Shown piece after piece: positions 12,401 to 25,352 of a DNA stretch of 64,000 nt. A model generated the notes under the pieces. The model was not told the DNA's origin and ran no database searches. It worked only from the letters and a program-made list of their open reading frames with translations. Numbering within the stretch: the stretch's first letter is position 1; every line of letters begins with the position of its first letter. The stretch is from Albugo candida (Eukaryota), in contig JBDOQK010000037.1 in NCBI GenBank assembly GCA_040437565.1, positions 248,001 to 312,000 of the forward strand. Direction: 5' to 3'. The position numbers and the translations under genes were made by a program.

Positions 12401-12880
12401 CAATCGGATGTTGAATTTGGATGCCATGAATTGACTTTTGGAATGAAGGTCGATAGGAATTACCTTAAAGTACCCTTCATAAATATTCATCCCAATTAGT
12501 CGACCATCCGGATCGATATTTCCATTTGTCAGAATCTCACTACTGCGTCCTATTGTGTCGCGTAAGGTGCCATTCGCTTTTGTTATTATTTGTTGCAGTG
12601 TCGTATCGTACGCAAGAACACAGAATTGGAAGCGTTGTGTAGTTATAAATATCCAGTCTTGATTCTCTCCTGAAGGACGAAACTTTTCAAAGATGGCGAT
12701 TCGACCATACATTTTGATATCATGTTGCGGTTGCAAGCCCTCTACCGTGAGCAAATGCACTTCGAAATGCGTGCATTTCGCAATCAGTAGATTCAAATCT
12801 GTCGGTGAGGTAAAGTGAGCAGTAAAAGAGTGAGTCACGCTCGTCGATTTCTGCGCTGTCGCGACATAACTATAAACCAT
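9431..12880 (-). CDS. DDB1: DNA damage-binding protein 1 (CUL4 adaptor), intronless
   Basis: MVYSYVATAQK, YLDNGVVFVGS.FGDSQL, DLDRQGQGQIVTCSG, LRVIRNGIGINEQA, TIGTVDDIQKLHI, NFIDGDLIESFLDL. Confidence 0.97.
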   Translation of the reverse strand: MVYSYVATAQKSTSVTHSFTAHFTSPTDLNLLIAKCTHFEVHLLTVEGLQPQHDIKMYGRIAIFEKFRPSGENQDWIFITTQRFQFCVLAYDTTLQQIITKANGTLRDTIGRSSEILTNGNIDPDGRLIGMNIYEGYFKVIPIDLHSKSQFMASKFNIRLDELRILDIKFLYGYNKPTICVLYEGFKGARHVKTYFILLKEKDFAEGPWSQSNVDAGANLLIPVPMPYGGVLIISNQTIVYHNGTNFHAIPMQNTMIQVYGAVGDDGSRFLLADQYGSLYVVALQTEGKEVLDVYLEVLGQTSIASCLSYLDNGVVFVGSTFGDSQLIKLNAKGDETGSYIEILDSYVNIGPIIDFCVMDLDRQGQGQIVTCSGADKDGSLRVIRNGIGINEQASAELPGIKGMWALRESLVSEYDKYLVQSYLSEIRIMTIDDTDEMEEVEMKAFLNVKTLYCRNVYGYGWLQVTETEVRIIDANTSNVCSQWYPPPSTRITVASANPTQILLATSSKLLIYLEIVDNQLMEKTRKQMEFEIACIDLSPCLNESNPLAFTKSFQAMDESMDDSIVSRDAHALSTILCAIGLWTSSSVCMLSLPSLEELSKETFDKDLLPRSVLCALFEDSSYLLVGLGDGSLVTCQLDRTLGTLSERKRVSLGTQPISLSAFWSKDKLHVFASCDRPTVIYYNKKKLLYSNVNAKEVAVMSTFHSEVFPECLALASASELTIGTVDDIQKLHIQSFRLNEWARRIAHDSRSRTLGVATVKLSKDDGGDEVEQGYIRLFDDQTFECLKSFRLDPFESPCSIITCTFTGDSSNGTYFVVGTAFVHEEEAEPHQGRILVFTVSGIHGERRLHLVTEKEVKGSVYCLNAFNGKLLAGINSKVYLFKWSESEENGEELVSECGHHGHTLVLYMESRGDFIVVGDLMKSISLLNHKQLDGSIEEIARDLNSNWMTAVGIIDDDNYVGSETDFNLFTVQRNSGAASDEERGRLETIGEYHLGEFVNRFRYGSLVMQHNMSVSGEVPGMMSDDRSESVSLLSVQRSMLFGTVSGMIGVILPISKEQYDFLMRVQSALNQIIKGVGGFSHSEWRTFENRRSSVEAHNFIDGDLIESFLDLNKEEMKQVVDELNREQLEGKMALETLTARIEELSQMH

Positions 12881-12982
12881 TTTCGACAAGAATGTCCGCC
12901 AGATAGCTCATAAAATATATCCCAATCAGCAATCGATCTACTTTTCTATATTTCGAAAATGATAAATTATTACAGGTTCGGT

Positions 12983-14160
12983 CTAGCGATACGAAATGCC
13001 GTTTAATTCTTCCACAATGTATCGAAAATCTACAAGTTTGGAGATGTGGTAGTGTGCGTGATAGCTATGAGGTTGAGTGTCTGTTTCCAAAAGCTGGCAG
13101 CAATGTGTCCCAGCCGACCTTGACTTACTTCATTAGATTGATCCAATGGATTAACGAAGAAACGAGTACCTGGCAGCGGACAATGCTGATGCACTTTGTG
13201 CAAGCACCTGCAAATTCAGTTCAGCAATAGTATACGTAGATCCGATATGACGTACTGCTACTTCGAAAGTCTCAATTTCCATGGCTTTACAAAGGCGAAT
13301 GATTGGATCAGCTTTCGGTATTTGGGCCATATCGTCACGAGGCATTACAGCATCGAATTCTTTCTGCAATTATATGATGAGATACAAATTATACAATGAA
13401 GAATACGTACCTCGAAGAGAAAGTAGTCACCGACATCGCTCTAGAATATTAGAATCAACACAGCTTCAAGAAAGTAAGCTCAACGATCTCACAGATTGCG
13501 GTAGTTCCCTTGGCGGTATGATTCCTATCATCAGTCCTCTGGTGCTCACATAAGACTACAAACATCTGATTGGTGATTCAAAATCTCATCGACACAAAAG
13601 TTGTACCATAAAATCCTGCAAGCCGCATTTTGAGACCCACCCAGTAACGCCTTCGGTCGTCTTCTCATTAGAGCCTGTCGATTTCTTCTGTTTGAGCTTA
13701 TTGATTTTGTCCAAATATTTCGCTCGTATAGAAGACTCCTCTTGCTTCTTGTTAGATTGGCTTACAATCTCCACAATCTCTCTCTGGCGATTTTTATTCA
13801 CCGGAGGGATATCTCCGCCAGTGATTTTGCGCAACACTGCAAATAGATGTCTCAATAAGCACATTGTAATAAGAAATAGAGCAAACATTGTTCGGGTAAG
13901 GCTGCAACAACATCGCTCAATCCGTCGATTATCGAATTTGACTGTCCATCCGATTTTCCACGCAAATTCGTCACCAAAGAGTGTATGTCATTGACAAGGA
14001 CCGGATCTTTGGGTGCCGTAGCCTTAGCGTCAGTTGCTTTCTCTTTAATCAATTTTTTTGTATAGACAGCAGTGTCACCAATACGGATCCTCCCACACAC
14101 TGCATCAGATTCGACGATAACAGCTTTAAGTCGCTGCGCTGCTGCTTTCGCAAGTCGCAT
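12983..14160 (-). CDS. Multi-exon protein, probable degenerate HAD-superfamily fold (5' part repeated at 14744-15563)
   Basis: Exons can be joined with GT-AG introns: RLKAVIVESDAVCG ... FDAVMPRDD..PKADPIIRLCKAMEI ... AAR|SAGTHCC...HYHISKLVDFRYIVEELNGISYR*. Confidence refers mainly to the gene's existence; the fold call is weaker. Confidence 0.55.
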
Positions 14161-16046
14161 TATGGTTAATTTCGCAAATTGGGATGCAAAGTATCTAAAA
14201 TGTCAATATAGACATCAGCGATACATTTTTTTATTTATGTTATCACACTATATTTGGTCCGAGGCTTCATGTCGGCATACGATGCGCGTCAAGGAAGCGT
14301 ACATGCCAAAATAGCGGCTTTCAATCGTCAATCGTCCAACCCCGAAGCAAGAAAGAAACCTACTTCAGATTTACATCACTCCTCATCTGTAAAATTCGAT
14401 TTTGAGACTCAAAAAGAGCAAAAATCTCAACAGGAAGAAGACGAATTACTCGATTTTGACGACTCCAATTATGAATTTGATTTCTCGTACATCACATTAG
14501 AAACCATTTTGCAGGAATACAAAAATCTTAAAACTGAAGCGAAGAAGCCGGCAGCGCAATTCCCAATTACATCCGAACTTGAGTCTGTCCCGGGAATGGA
14601 AATCACACGAGCCGATACAAATCGTCGATACTCGAGTGTCACTNNNNNNNNNNNNNNNNNNNNNNNNNNNNNNNNNNNNNNNNNNNNNNNNNNNNNNNNN
14701 NNNNNNNNNNNNNNNNNNNNNNNNNNNNNNNNNNNNNNNNNNNGGCATTACAGCATCGAATTCTTTCTGCAATTATATGATGAGATACAAATTATACAAT
14801 GAAGAATACGTACCTCGAAGAGAAAGTAGTCACCGACATCGCTCTAGAATATTAGAATCAACACAGCTTCAAGAAAGTAAGCTCAACGATCTCACAGATT
14901 GCGGTAGTTCCCTTGGCGGTATGATTCCTATCATCAGTCCTCTGGTGCTCACATAAGACTACAAACATCTGATTGGTGATTCAAAATCTCATCGACACAA
15001 AAGTTGTACCATAAAATCCTGCAAGCCGCATTTTGAGACCCACCCAGTAACGCCTTCGGTCGTCTTCTCATTAGAGCCTGTCGATTTCTTCTGTTTGAGC
15101 TTATTGATTTTGTCCAAATATTTCGCTCGTATAGAAGACTCCTCTTGCTTCTTGTTAGATTGGCTTACAATCTCCACAATCTCTCTCTGGCGATTTTTAT
15201 TCACCGGAGGGATATCTCCGCCAGTGATTTTGCGCAACACTGCAAATAGATGTCTCAATAAGCACATTGTAATAAGAAATAGAGCAAACATTGTTCGGGT
15301 AAGGCTGCAACAACATCGCTCAATCCGTCGATTATCGAATTTGACTGTCCATCCGATTTTCCACGCAAATTCGTCACCAAAGAGTGTATGTCATTGACAA
15401 GGACCGGATCTTTGGGTGCCGTAGCCTTAGCGTCAGTTGCTTTCTCTTTAATCAATTTTTTTGTATAGACAGCAGTGTCACCAATACGGATCCTCCCACA
15501 CACTGCATCAGATTCGACGATAACAGCTTTAAGTCGCTGCGCTGCTGCTTTCGCAAGTCGCATTATGGTTAATTTCGCAAATTGGGATGCAAAGTATCTA
15601 AAATGTCAATATAGACATCAGCGATACATTTTTTTATTTATGTTATCACACTATATTTGGTCCGAGGCTTCATGTCGGCATACGATGCGCGTCAAGGAAG
15701 CGTACATGCCAAAATAGCGGCTTTCAATCGTCAATCGTCCAACCCCGAAGCAAGAAAGAAACCTACTTCAGATTTACATCACTCCTCATCTGTAAAATTC
15801 GATTTTGAGACTCAAAAAGAGCAAAAATCTCAACAGGAAGAAGACGAATTACTCGATTTTGACGACTCCAATTATGAATTTGATTTCTCGTACATCACAT
15901 TAGAAACCATTTTGCAGGAATACAAAAATCTTAAAACTGAAGCGAAGAAGCCGGCAGCGCAATTCCCAATTACATCCGAACTTGAGTCTGTCCCGGGAAT
16001 GGAAATCACACGAGCCGATACAAATCGTCGATACTCGAGTGTCACT
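13341..16046. repeat. ~1.3 kb direct duplication flanking N gap 14644-14743 (assembly overlap)
   Basis: 13341-14643 matches 14744-16046 (offset 1403) and the ORF translations are identical. Confidence 0.9.
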
Positions 16047-19000
16047 GCATCCATCAAAAGTGTAGACCCCGCACAAAGTTGCACTTTGGAAGCAGCGGAA
16101 ATACTGGAAAATCGACTGATTGACTGCGAAATCGTTGATTTTGTGTCTCCTTTACAGGTCAAACGACGACTACGATACCAAAAAAAGACACATTCGGCAC
16201 AGAAAACTGTTATAGACAATGAGAATACGAAATCGAATGCTATTATATCTTCCAAAATGACAAAAAACGTCGTCAAAGTCGAATCGATGGAAGCGATTAG
16301 TCGACAATTGTTCAAAAATTGGGATATGAAAGAGAATGGACCCGGATCTCCCACTGTCATTGCTATTCATTCCAAATTCATTGCAATTGGAACTTCCAGA
16401 AGCCTCGTTCTTGTCTTTGATCACTTCCAAAATGTATGGATTCGAGTTTTTGGCTGTTTTCATCGCTAATTTCTACATGCAGATCCGTCAAGTTTTAGGC
16501 ACTACAGCAGACGCTCAAAGCGATGGACCTGTGACCGCAATCGATGTATCCCCAGGAAGTGATTTTCTCGTATGCGGATATCAAAGTGGCCGTGTCGTCC
16601 TTTGGGATATGATCAAAGGAAGTCCATTGAAAGCCGACTCGGAAAGCTATGACTCACCGATTGTATGCCTTCGCTTCCTGAAAGACCAGAAACCGCTTCT
16701 ACTGTCCGTGGATTACAAGTAAAGCAAAGTACCCACCAATCTCCCATATGTGCTAACATACCTGCTTCTGTAGCGGGGTCGTGAATCGCGTCAATTTCAG
16801 TAAAATGATGGGAATGGTTTACGTGGTCGATGTGGATCCTATTTACGATGCTTCTGCCGGTAAAATCTTAGCTGTGTCCATTCTGCCTCAATCTGCACCG
16901 GGGCACGCAAAAGCGGCATCTATGATGGATCAGTACTGCCTAGCCGCTCTTAGTAGCGACAAAGTTACGTATATAGTGGCCATTGAACCAGAAGTCAAAA
17001 TATTGTATCGATGGGCACGACCATCTGACATTTCAGATGATGATCCGGTGCTTCCTTCACTTGCTTTTGCATGGATTTCGTTCCCTGGAAGCAAGCGTTC
17101 AGTAGCTCCCGTCCTCGCTCGAGCGTGGGGAAAACATGTGGAATTCATGGAAGCGATCTTGTCAGATGGAATGAATACTCCGCAAGTTCGGCACGGCTGG
17201 ACAAGCTTTGAAAGGTACGATGCGGTCGAATGTCTTCACGATATCGTCGCGATCCAATGGCTTGGTGAACAAGTGGTAGTGCATCTAAACACCAAAGATG
17301 AGCTTTGTGTGTACGATATCATGTCGAAACAGGAACTGGAAATCGTCGATGTATCAGCTTTAGAACTGGTGTTTGCGTCGTATCGTGGCAAAAATGCTCG
17401 AAGCTTTTCCAACAGTTTTCGTGGATGTGATTCCATTTTGTATCTTTTGGGTCTCAGAGAGCTACAAACAGCTCGCGTTCAGCCTTGGACACAGCTTGTG
17501 GACTCGTTATCACAGGAAGGAGAATGGCTGGCTGCATTGGCTCTGGCCCTCGATAATTATGAAGGGATCAAAATCGCTGCTACCGAACGTGCAGAACGCG
17601 ATCGATTCCCTCCAGTTTTTTTCCGAAATAAACAGAACGACAAATGCTTGGTGGATATCATGAATATGTGTCAGACAAATCAGAGAACAAACGAGAAGGA
17701 GAACGTGTTTCGACAAAAAGGAGGAAAAGAGGATGTGCGTTGGGTTTGTGGAGAAGAAACGTATTCGCCAGAAATCGCAAAGAAACTAGAAGATTCCTTA
17801 CAACAAGCACAAAGCGGTCAAGTTCCCAAGACAATCGTTCCCATCGGTGTAGCTGAACGCGTTGTGGATTTACTGATCGAGTATGTCCATTTAGCGATTT
17901 CCAATTCTCCTGGCGCGAAAGACATGGAAACAACAAAGAAAAAGAAGCAACTCGATCTGGCAAAAAGTCATTATCAGATGCTGGCTGGTGTCTGTATCGA
18001 ATACTGCGCGATTATAGACCGCACGGATCTTCTATTTGGTGAGATTTTCAGACTATTCAGTGAGAATCAGCAAAACGCAACGTTTATAGAGTTATTAGAG
18101 CCATACATTTTATCGAATCGACTCTGTGGGCTGTCGACTGAACTCATGCAAGTCTTTGCTGAGCATTACGTCACCATCAACAAATTGAATCAACTCGAGC
18201 AGTGTTTACTTCATTTGGATGCGACTAAAGTCGATGCGGACTTGGTGCTCAAGCTCTGCAGCAAACACAAGCTTTATTCCGCTATGATTTACATGTGCAA
18301 TGAAGGCCTCAATGATTATGTGATGCCTATCGATCATCTCCTGGAAGCGACTACGTCTCCACCACACTCTAGCGGTCCCAAATGTGATCAAACTCTTGAT
18401 GATCGGATGTACGGATACAAATTGTTGCTTTATATCTCATACTCACTCAATGGGAAGACCTTCCCATTCAACAAAGACTTGCCTATGATGAAGCTCAATT
18501 TAGTGCGTGCAGCGATATTGAATCATCTTTTTGACGAGACTACAGGATCGGACTGTGGGCATTCACGACTTATGAGCCTTTTACGCCTGGACGCCAAAGC
18601 CTTTCTCGACATTATTGCTCGAGCATTCGATGACCCGAGCATCGAGTTTTATGGCGACAAAACCGACCAAGTTTTGCCAAACTCTCATTACAAATCAGTC
18701 AAAATTGCAACGAATACAATGTGCCCGACACGTTTGACTATTGTGCTCACATTAAGTGAAGTGATTTTCATCAAAGGAAGGGATACTTTTGGGTCACTGG
18801 TGCACAGTCATTTTTTCATGTTTGAAGCGCGATTACTGAGTGCAGGGTCCATTGACGCACAGCAATATGCCGATGCTCGAGTACAATCGATGGCTGGAGT
18901 CAATGAGGTGTCGCCTGCAAGCGGAAAAAGCGATAGTAAAGGCTCTATGATGGATTCGCTTATGAATTTCTTGGCGCTCGGACCTGCAACTTTTATCAAA

Positions 19001-20983
19001 TCGCGGACGGGTGGTCGATCTCGCGGCTCTACTGGCAGCGACGCGGTGATGGTACCAGAAGCAGATGGTTTCGATAAAGACGGGAGGCAGGAAATGCTCG
19101 TACGTCTTCTCCAAAATCTTGATAAAAGCAGCTATGACGCCAAAGCGCTTTTACAAAACGTATTGCAAAGCAAGATGAATCGTGTCGCTGTGATTCTCTA
19201 CAAGTTTGAAGGCAATATCCGCTCGGCTATTGGCGCCTGCCTCGACGACAGCGATCACGATTATCGAATTGGAGCTTTTAATTTCATACGTTCCGAAGTG
19301 GAAAAAGTCGAGGACGAAGTCTTTGGCTCTGAGTCGGAATCAAATAAAACAAGCTCAAAACGCACTGAACTCGAAGAAGCCATTCTCGAATACGCTCCAA
19401 CTTTAATGGGAGTCGATGGATACGCTTTTGTCGTGTTAATATTGAGCTTTTTCCCGCAACTTAACAACACAGTGATTCAAAAGTTTGTGAGCATGGGCAA
19501 AAGCGGCGCTAAATTGGAATACCTCTACTTGAGAGAAATCTTACATGGACATCATGAGGAACAGGACGGGTTCTCCAATATGTCGGATGAAGACGCTATC
19601 CGTGAACTGCTTGATCGATCCAATCTAAGGCTTCTGGAAGACCCAGCTGTGCAGGAACGCTTCATCTGGCTGCTGTGTGAATTTGATCCGTCCGGTGTTC
19701 TCCATTTTCTCGAGTCGCACAATGGCTATCGCGTGGAAACGTGCTTGAAATTATGTCGCGAGTATAAAATCACCGATGCAGAAGCGTATTTGCTCGAACG
19801 AACTGGCGACACAAGCGGCTCTCTCTCTTTGATTCTACAGACTCTCGAACTGAAGCTCAAAGCACTGAAACCCGCTTTGCGTGGTCTGAATGCTGGAACG
19901 TATACCAATGAACTCACAATCACTTCCCGTCAAATATCGGCAAATGTAGGACTGTCTGCATCCAAAGAGAGCATTATTGAGACTATCGAGCAAGGACGAG
20001 ATGCATTAAAAACGCTCGAAGTCGCATTGGCAATGTGTCGACGGAATACGCTGCGACATCAAGACCAGCAAGCCGAGAAATTGTGGTTCACTCTGCTGGA
20101 TAAATTGCTTCGCATTCAAGCTGCAGTGAAGCGAGCCTTGAATAAGTCTCCGGCGTCTCGAGTAATCCGAGGAGGAGCCCAGACCGCTTTCCAAGTAGCG
20201 CTGAATGAACTGATACGAGTCGTTCTGGAACGTATGGTATCCTCGGTCTCACTGAAAGCAATTCTCTTCAAGATTGTCAATGAACATGGGAAGGATGCTT
20301 TTGGGGAATTCAGGTCCACGATTTTCGGAATTTTGGATACGTATATTTATGAGAAAAATATTTGTAAAACGGCCAATGACCTGATAAGTGTCGATCTTTT
20401 CGACCAAATCCAACAGCGACAGAGAAGTCGGCTGCATCCGTATGCATCCCCAAGTGATTTGTGTGCGTATTGCAACGATTCACTGTCTCGACCACCCTTC
20501 GGCATGGCTCACATTGGAGCCATGAGTGGAGAAAAGTGGAATATTAACACGGCTTTGATCATGGTTGCATCGGGGCAATTCTATCATGAATCCTGTGGGA
20601 AGGCCTGGATGCAGGGTGCCGATAAGAAAGCACAAGCAGAGCACGCCAAAAAAATTGAAATGAATGCACAGGCAGCCCCATCAACGGGTACGACAGAGGA
20701 GGACGCTGTATCACGTTCACACAAGCGCCAGCCCAGCTCAAGACGATACCTCACTCGATTGAGAAATTCACGAAAAGGGACACGTCGAGTCGTACCCTGC
20801 CATGTGATTTTGGAGAGTCTAGTTCGGGAAGACAACAATCGCAATAAGTACCTCAAGAATGCTCGTGGAGTCTATTCACTGCGTCCTGACCTTGATCAGG
20901 ATCGAACAAAGCGTCGAGCATCGGCTCGGGAGCCTGGAAGTCTGCCCGTGGAGCCTGTGCAAAAGGGAGGTATTCGGTCATAA
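15672..20983 (+). CDS. VPS8: Vacuolar protein sorting 8 (CORVET subunit), 3 exons
   Basis: WD40 start GSPTVIAIHSKFIAIGTS..VLVFD, FIELLEPYIL, clathrin-type repeat FLESH..YRVETCLKLC...AEAYLLERTGD, and a C-terminal RING-like CAYC...FYHESC. Confidence 0.9.
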
Positions 20984-23900
20984 TGCGGCAAGAAATGGAG
21001 TCTGATGTTTGTTGTTCTGTGTGTGTGTTGTGGTAGTAAGGCTGAGAGCTTAGCTGTCACGTTTGTAATCATGAAGTTTTATGCTTTATTTGTCGAGTCG
21101 TAATGGAGAGCGTGGTCACGATTTGTTATACAGCTTTCAAATGGCTTTATTGAGCTGAAAAAGGGATTGCAAACTGCCGATTTGAATGCTTTAGAGCTGA
21201 GAATTGGAGGTTTATGAATTATCTTATGCATACGATGCAACGAGAGAGAGAATTTACGCTCTATAGCCGCCTTGTTAAATGCTGCATTTATCTCATCTCT
21301 ATACAACGATTGCCTATGAATACTTTGCTAAACACTTCAATCTTGTCTGTAGAAGGAGGATAGACGCATTTCATTTCAAACGTGATTGGAAGACACGTAT
21401 TGAAATGTACGCGCTCGAATTGACCAAAGGCATTTCTCAAACAGCTACTGCAAAATTTTTCGTTCTACCTCGAGTTATCGTAGTTTCAGTGTACTCTCAT
21501 TCACAATAACATAGAGAGAGGATCTGGATGAAGTGTGCTGATCAAAGGGCAAGCTAAGAGTAGACTTTAGTTCTTTCCAGCAGATAAGCCACGAGAAAGA
21601 GTTATATTTGAGAAGGTTGTTCCGGCGATCACCAAGGAATCAACTTGAACAATTTAAGCAGACGGTCATTTAGTAAATGGTGATCGAGGTAATCAGATTA
21701 GAGCGTCATTGTCAGGATGTTCTAGTTCTCATTTAGATAATGTTGAGATTACGGGCACAACTTTCTGGAAGGTGGACGGCTGCATATCAGCATCAGTGTA
21801 GGATTGATTATTGATAAACTCAGTCAAGCCCGCGGAAGCTCACTGTGATGAACAAAAGTGCATAGTTGCCTGCCGCAGTTTATGGGTGCAAATGGCTAAC
21901 AAAAGTCGCTCAAATGCTTTATTGGTGTAGACTGTATTCCATAAGGCTGATGTGTGCACAGCAATCACTACAATTGCTAGTAGAAATGATCAGGGTGGTT
22001 CTATTAAAGTCAGCTCGAATTTTTCTTCTTACCCAGACATCTCGCTGGAGCTTTGGACCTTATTGATCCCATTGTTGGACTTGCCACGGGCGCCCTTACT
22101 TCACTGCGGTATTCTGATGGCGATATCACAGTGCAAGCATGGTCATAACCCTTCTAGATGCAAAAGCATTAACAACCCGTAGCCTTATTTTCGAAGTAAG
22201 GCTCGGAAATAAACGTGGTCGGCGATAACTTCGTCGTGATCTCGAGTTGGACAGGGGATGAGGTTTCAAGAATCTGTGATCTTGATTTTATAGGTTCATT
22301 AAGCGGTTGGCCACTAAATGCAGCTTGTGGGATAATCAAAGCATCAAATGTGGATTTGGTCCTGAGAATTGCTTTCTCAAATGCTTTGGGGTGAAAGATC
22401 AGTCATGTTTGCAAAGTTTCGGATCAATTCGTCCGCTTAACTTTTTAGTCGGCACTTGGCTGAAACGTCCTGTCGAATTGATTTTCTTCCCAGTATCGGA
22501 CGTCATGTTGGGATACGTAGTGCACAATTATCGCTCACGAAATCTTGAGAGAATTTCGAAAGAAGGCCGATTGACGAAGAGCATCCCGCTTCGGCTGAAT
22601 GGCTCATTATTTTTGCAAAACCTAATACCTTGCTTGGTGTGCTTACCCTGTACACTTTCAAGGAAGACTCTCAGTTGGATCCCTTTTTCTCTACAATACA
22701 TCGAAGCTTCTAGTACATAATATGCACTTCCTCGCCAATCATATGACGTACGAGCGCTATGCACAGAACGATCCGACGCGTGTGTTTATTGCAATTGCTC
22801 ACAATCTGATCCCACTTGCAACCAATTTTGCCATTGATCGTTGTGAGCTTCCACAGCGCTGCGTCTTTTACTCATTGTATTTGAAATCAGTTTTCGATTT
22901 CAATTTCGCCCAAGTACTTCATGTCAAAATTCGTACCAAACGAAAATTCTTGCAACGGCCACGTCATTTTTGCTGGCACTCACAACGTCGGCAACTGTTA
23001 AAGTCGCATCGAAATTTTTTCTACTCTAGGGTACAATGAGTCGGCTCAATGTGTTGAAAAGGAGCCAGTTTGAGCTCATCAATATTATAATCATCAAGTT
23101 GATTGTAATGTTAATACATGATTCTCGAGAAAGGCAATGGCACAAAAACGACCTCCAGTGCGATCGACCTCGCACTCGATAGATACTCAGATTATCATTT
23201 CAGTGCTGAATATTGACTTCTGCTACTGATCGCTTGCAAGGAGCGTTCAGTCGGTGAATAAATCATCGATCTGATATTTCCATAGAAGGGATGCGATACT
23301 TCGCTCACCTAACAGTACTTCCGGCTTCGCCAAAATGGACCAAGATTTCTTGTCTTTCATCCAGAAATCATCTTTGCTGATCTCAAAGAACTCAATCGGT
23401 TTGTGATATTCACATATACAAGATGTCCAGCGACAAACACTGTTCAATTCGGTAATGTAACGCTCTCGACTGACTCTCAGTCATATCTCCATTTGATTTG
23501 ACCGAGAGCAGGTCATTACACACAAGTGATCTAAGGAGATCGCTGCTTAAGCATACTTGCGAACACGCAAACTTGTATGATTGAAAACAGTTCACAGTAG
23601 AGGGATGGTGAAGAATGCTTCCACGTGTCAAGTCTCCCCAGCCGTACTTATCATAAGTTTTTTTTCTTTTAAATTTGGAAAAGTCAATCAGTGCAAGCAG
23701 CTCCAAGCAAAGCAACACGTCTCCACTTACCAACTGCCTTTGAATCGCTATTCATAATGCAGTACTATAGCTCATACCCGATCGACGAATTCGATGTTTC
23801 TGAAGCCTCTGTATACAACGATTGTGCTTCGCCTAAAGCGCACATTATGCAGAATAAAGTAACAACTTTTACAAGAACTAACGACACAAAACAATCAAGA

Positions 23901-24052
23901 CCGATTTGCGCCAACGTTAGATCGAGGAATCTACATATAAATGAATTAGTAAGTTAGGATTCATGTTAATAATTTTAACAGCAACATTTTTGTGTAACGA
24001 ATTGATATTGTTTCTTTCCAAGGCATGCTCAGATTCGACGAGACGTGAAGAG

Positions 24053-25352
24053 ATGCCGGTCGATGTAGCGTTTGAAACCGTGCGCAAAGTCGTATACATC
24101 ATCATTAGCGCGAAAACTATTCAGTGCGAGACAAAACAGAATCAATTGGACGCACTTGCAAATGAGAAAATACAGGTACCGATGATGCTTAAGAATCGAA
24201 GGATTATTGAGGAATATTGAATTGGATTATAGCCCAGAAAGGCCCTTGCAAAGTTTGTGAGAAACGGAGGATTGATTTCTATAAATGAATTGATGGCAGC
24301 ATGGAATGGTAATGCGGAGTCAACCGATCGAGTGCTATTTCTTCTCAAGGTAACTGACACTTTCCTACATTTATCATTCACCTCACATGATAACCACCAC
24401 CCAGATCCTTGCTATACTTCCCGGTATAAGTGCACAGGCAATCAGTGCAAGCAAAATCGGTCGTAAGCTTAAGCGAGTTACTTCGCAACAGATTTATCCT
24501 CCTGAAGTGAAGGGACTTGCTGAATGGATAATAGCAAAATGGAAAGTCGACATTTTACCCGCGAGCGATCGCAAGTCGAAAAGAATATATTCTGAAAGAT
24601 CCATTGATGGTGACACACTTCCAACAGTAGACATTAAGCCATCTCCCGAAGATTCAAAACCTCACTCTGCTACAGAGAAAGTGCAGGTAAACAAGATCTC
24701 TGGAGTCGGGAAGAGCATGGCAAAAGCCTCTTGTATGTAATCCTATTTGGGTGTAACCTTACACTGCATAACATTCTACTTTTTCCCAGCAGCTTTACTA
24801 CCTAACAAGAGAAAAGTCGATATTTTAGGCATAGCTTTGAACTCGGGCAAATATCGGAAAACAAATGCCAATTTACATCAAGTTCAGCGGCGATCAAAGT
24901 TGATTCAGACCTTAAAAGACCGTCAAAAAAGTATTAAAGACGTAGGCGACATTCTAAGTACCATCATTGGTGACTGGAAAGCAGCAAAAGTGCGATTTGG
25001 TGACAGCACTGTTGTTGACTTTGACAGAAGCCAAGTGGTCTGCCAAATGATGAGTACAACGAAGTGCGGTCCGCGACTAAAAAATTCAGCAGGGATTCCA
25101 AAGCCAGGAAAGTCAATTCTCAAGGTGATGGGCTCTCGGAGTGAGCATCAGCTACTTTGTACAAGTCCTTGCGTTTACTCTGGTAGTGCTAAATCTATTG
25201 GCTCACGTGGACTCGATGGTACAACCAACTTTGCCGTCAAGGAAAAAAAATCAGAAGAAACAAGAGATCACACACCACCAACATGGTCGAATAATTTGTA
25301 CCAGACTACCAAGTGTGCAGAACCTTCATTATGCAGCAGTGTTAGAAGCTAA
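24053..25352 (+). CDS. TFIIS N-terminal (LW) domain protein with PP1-docking motifs, PNUTS-like (multi-exon; start approximate)
   Basis: FVRNGGLISINELM...LFLLK|ILAILP..SAQAISASKIGRKLK...VKGLAEWIIAKWK is a TFS2N domain. KVRF and KSILK motifs lie downstream. Confidence 0.65.

Noticed and set aside
13341-16046. Tandem duplication of the HAD-like gene and VPS8 5' end
   Set aside because: Identical copies abut an N gap, the same pattern as other gaps in this scaffold.
21500-23400. Possible degraded retrotransposon
   Set aside because: No gag, reverse transcriptase, RNase H or integrase motifs and no terminal repeats recognisable by eye.
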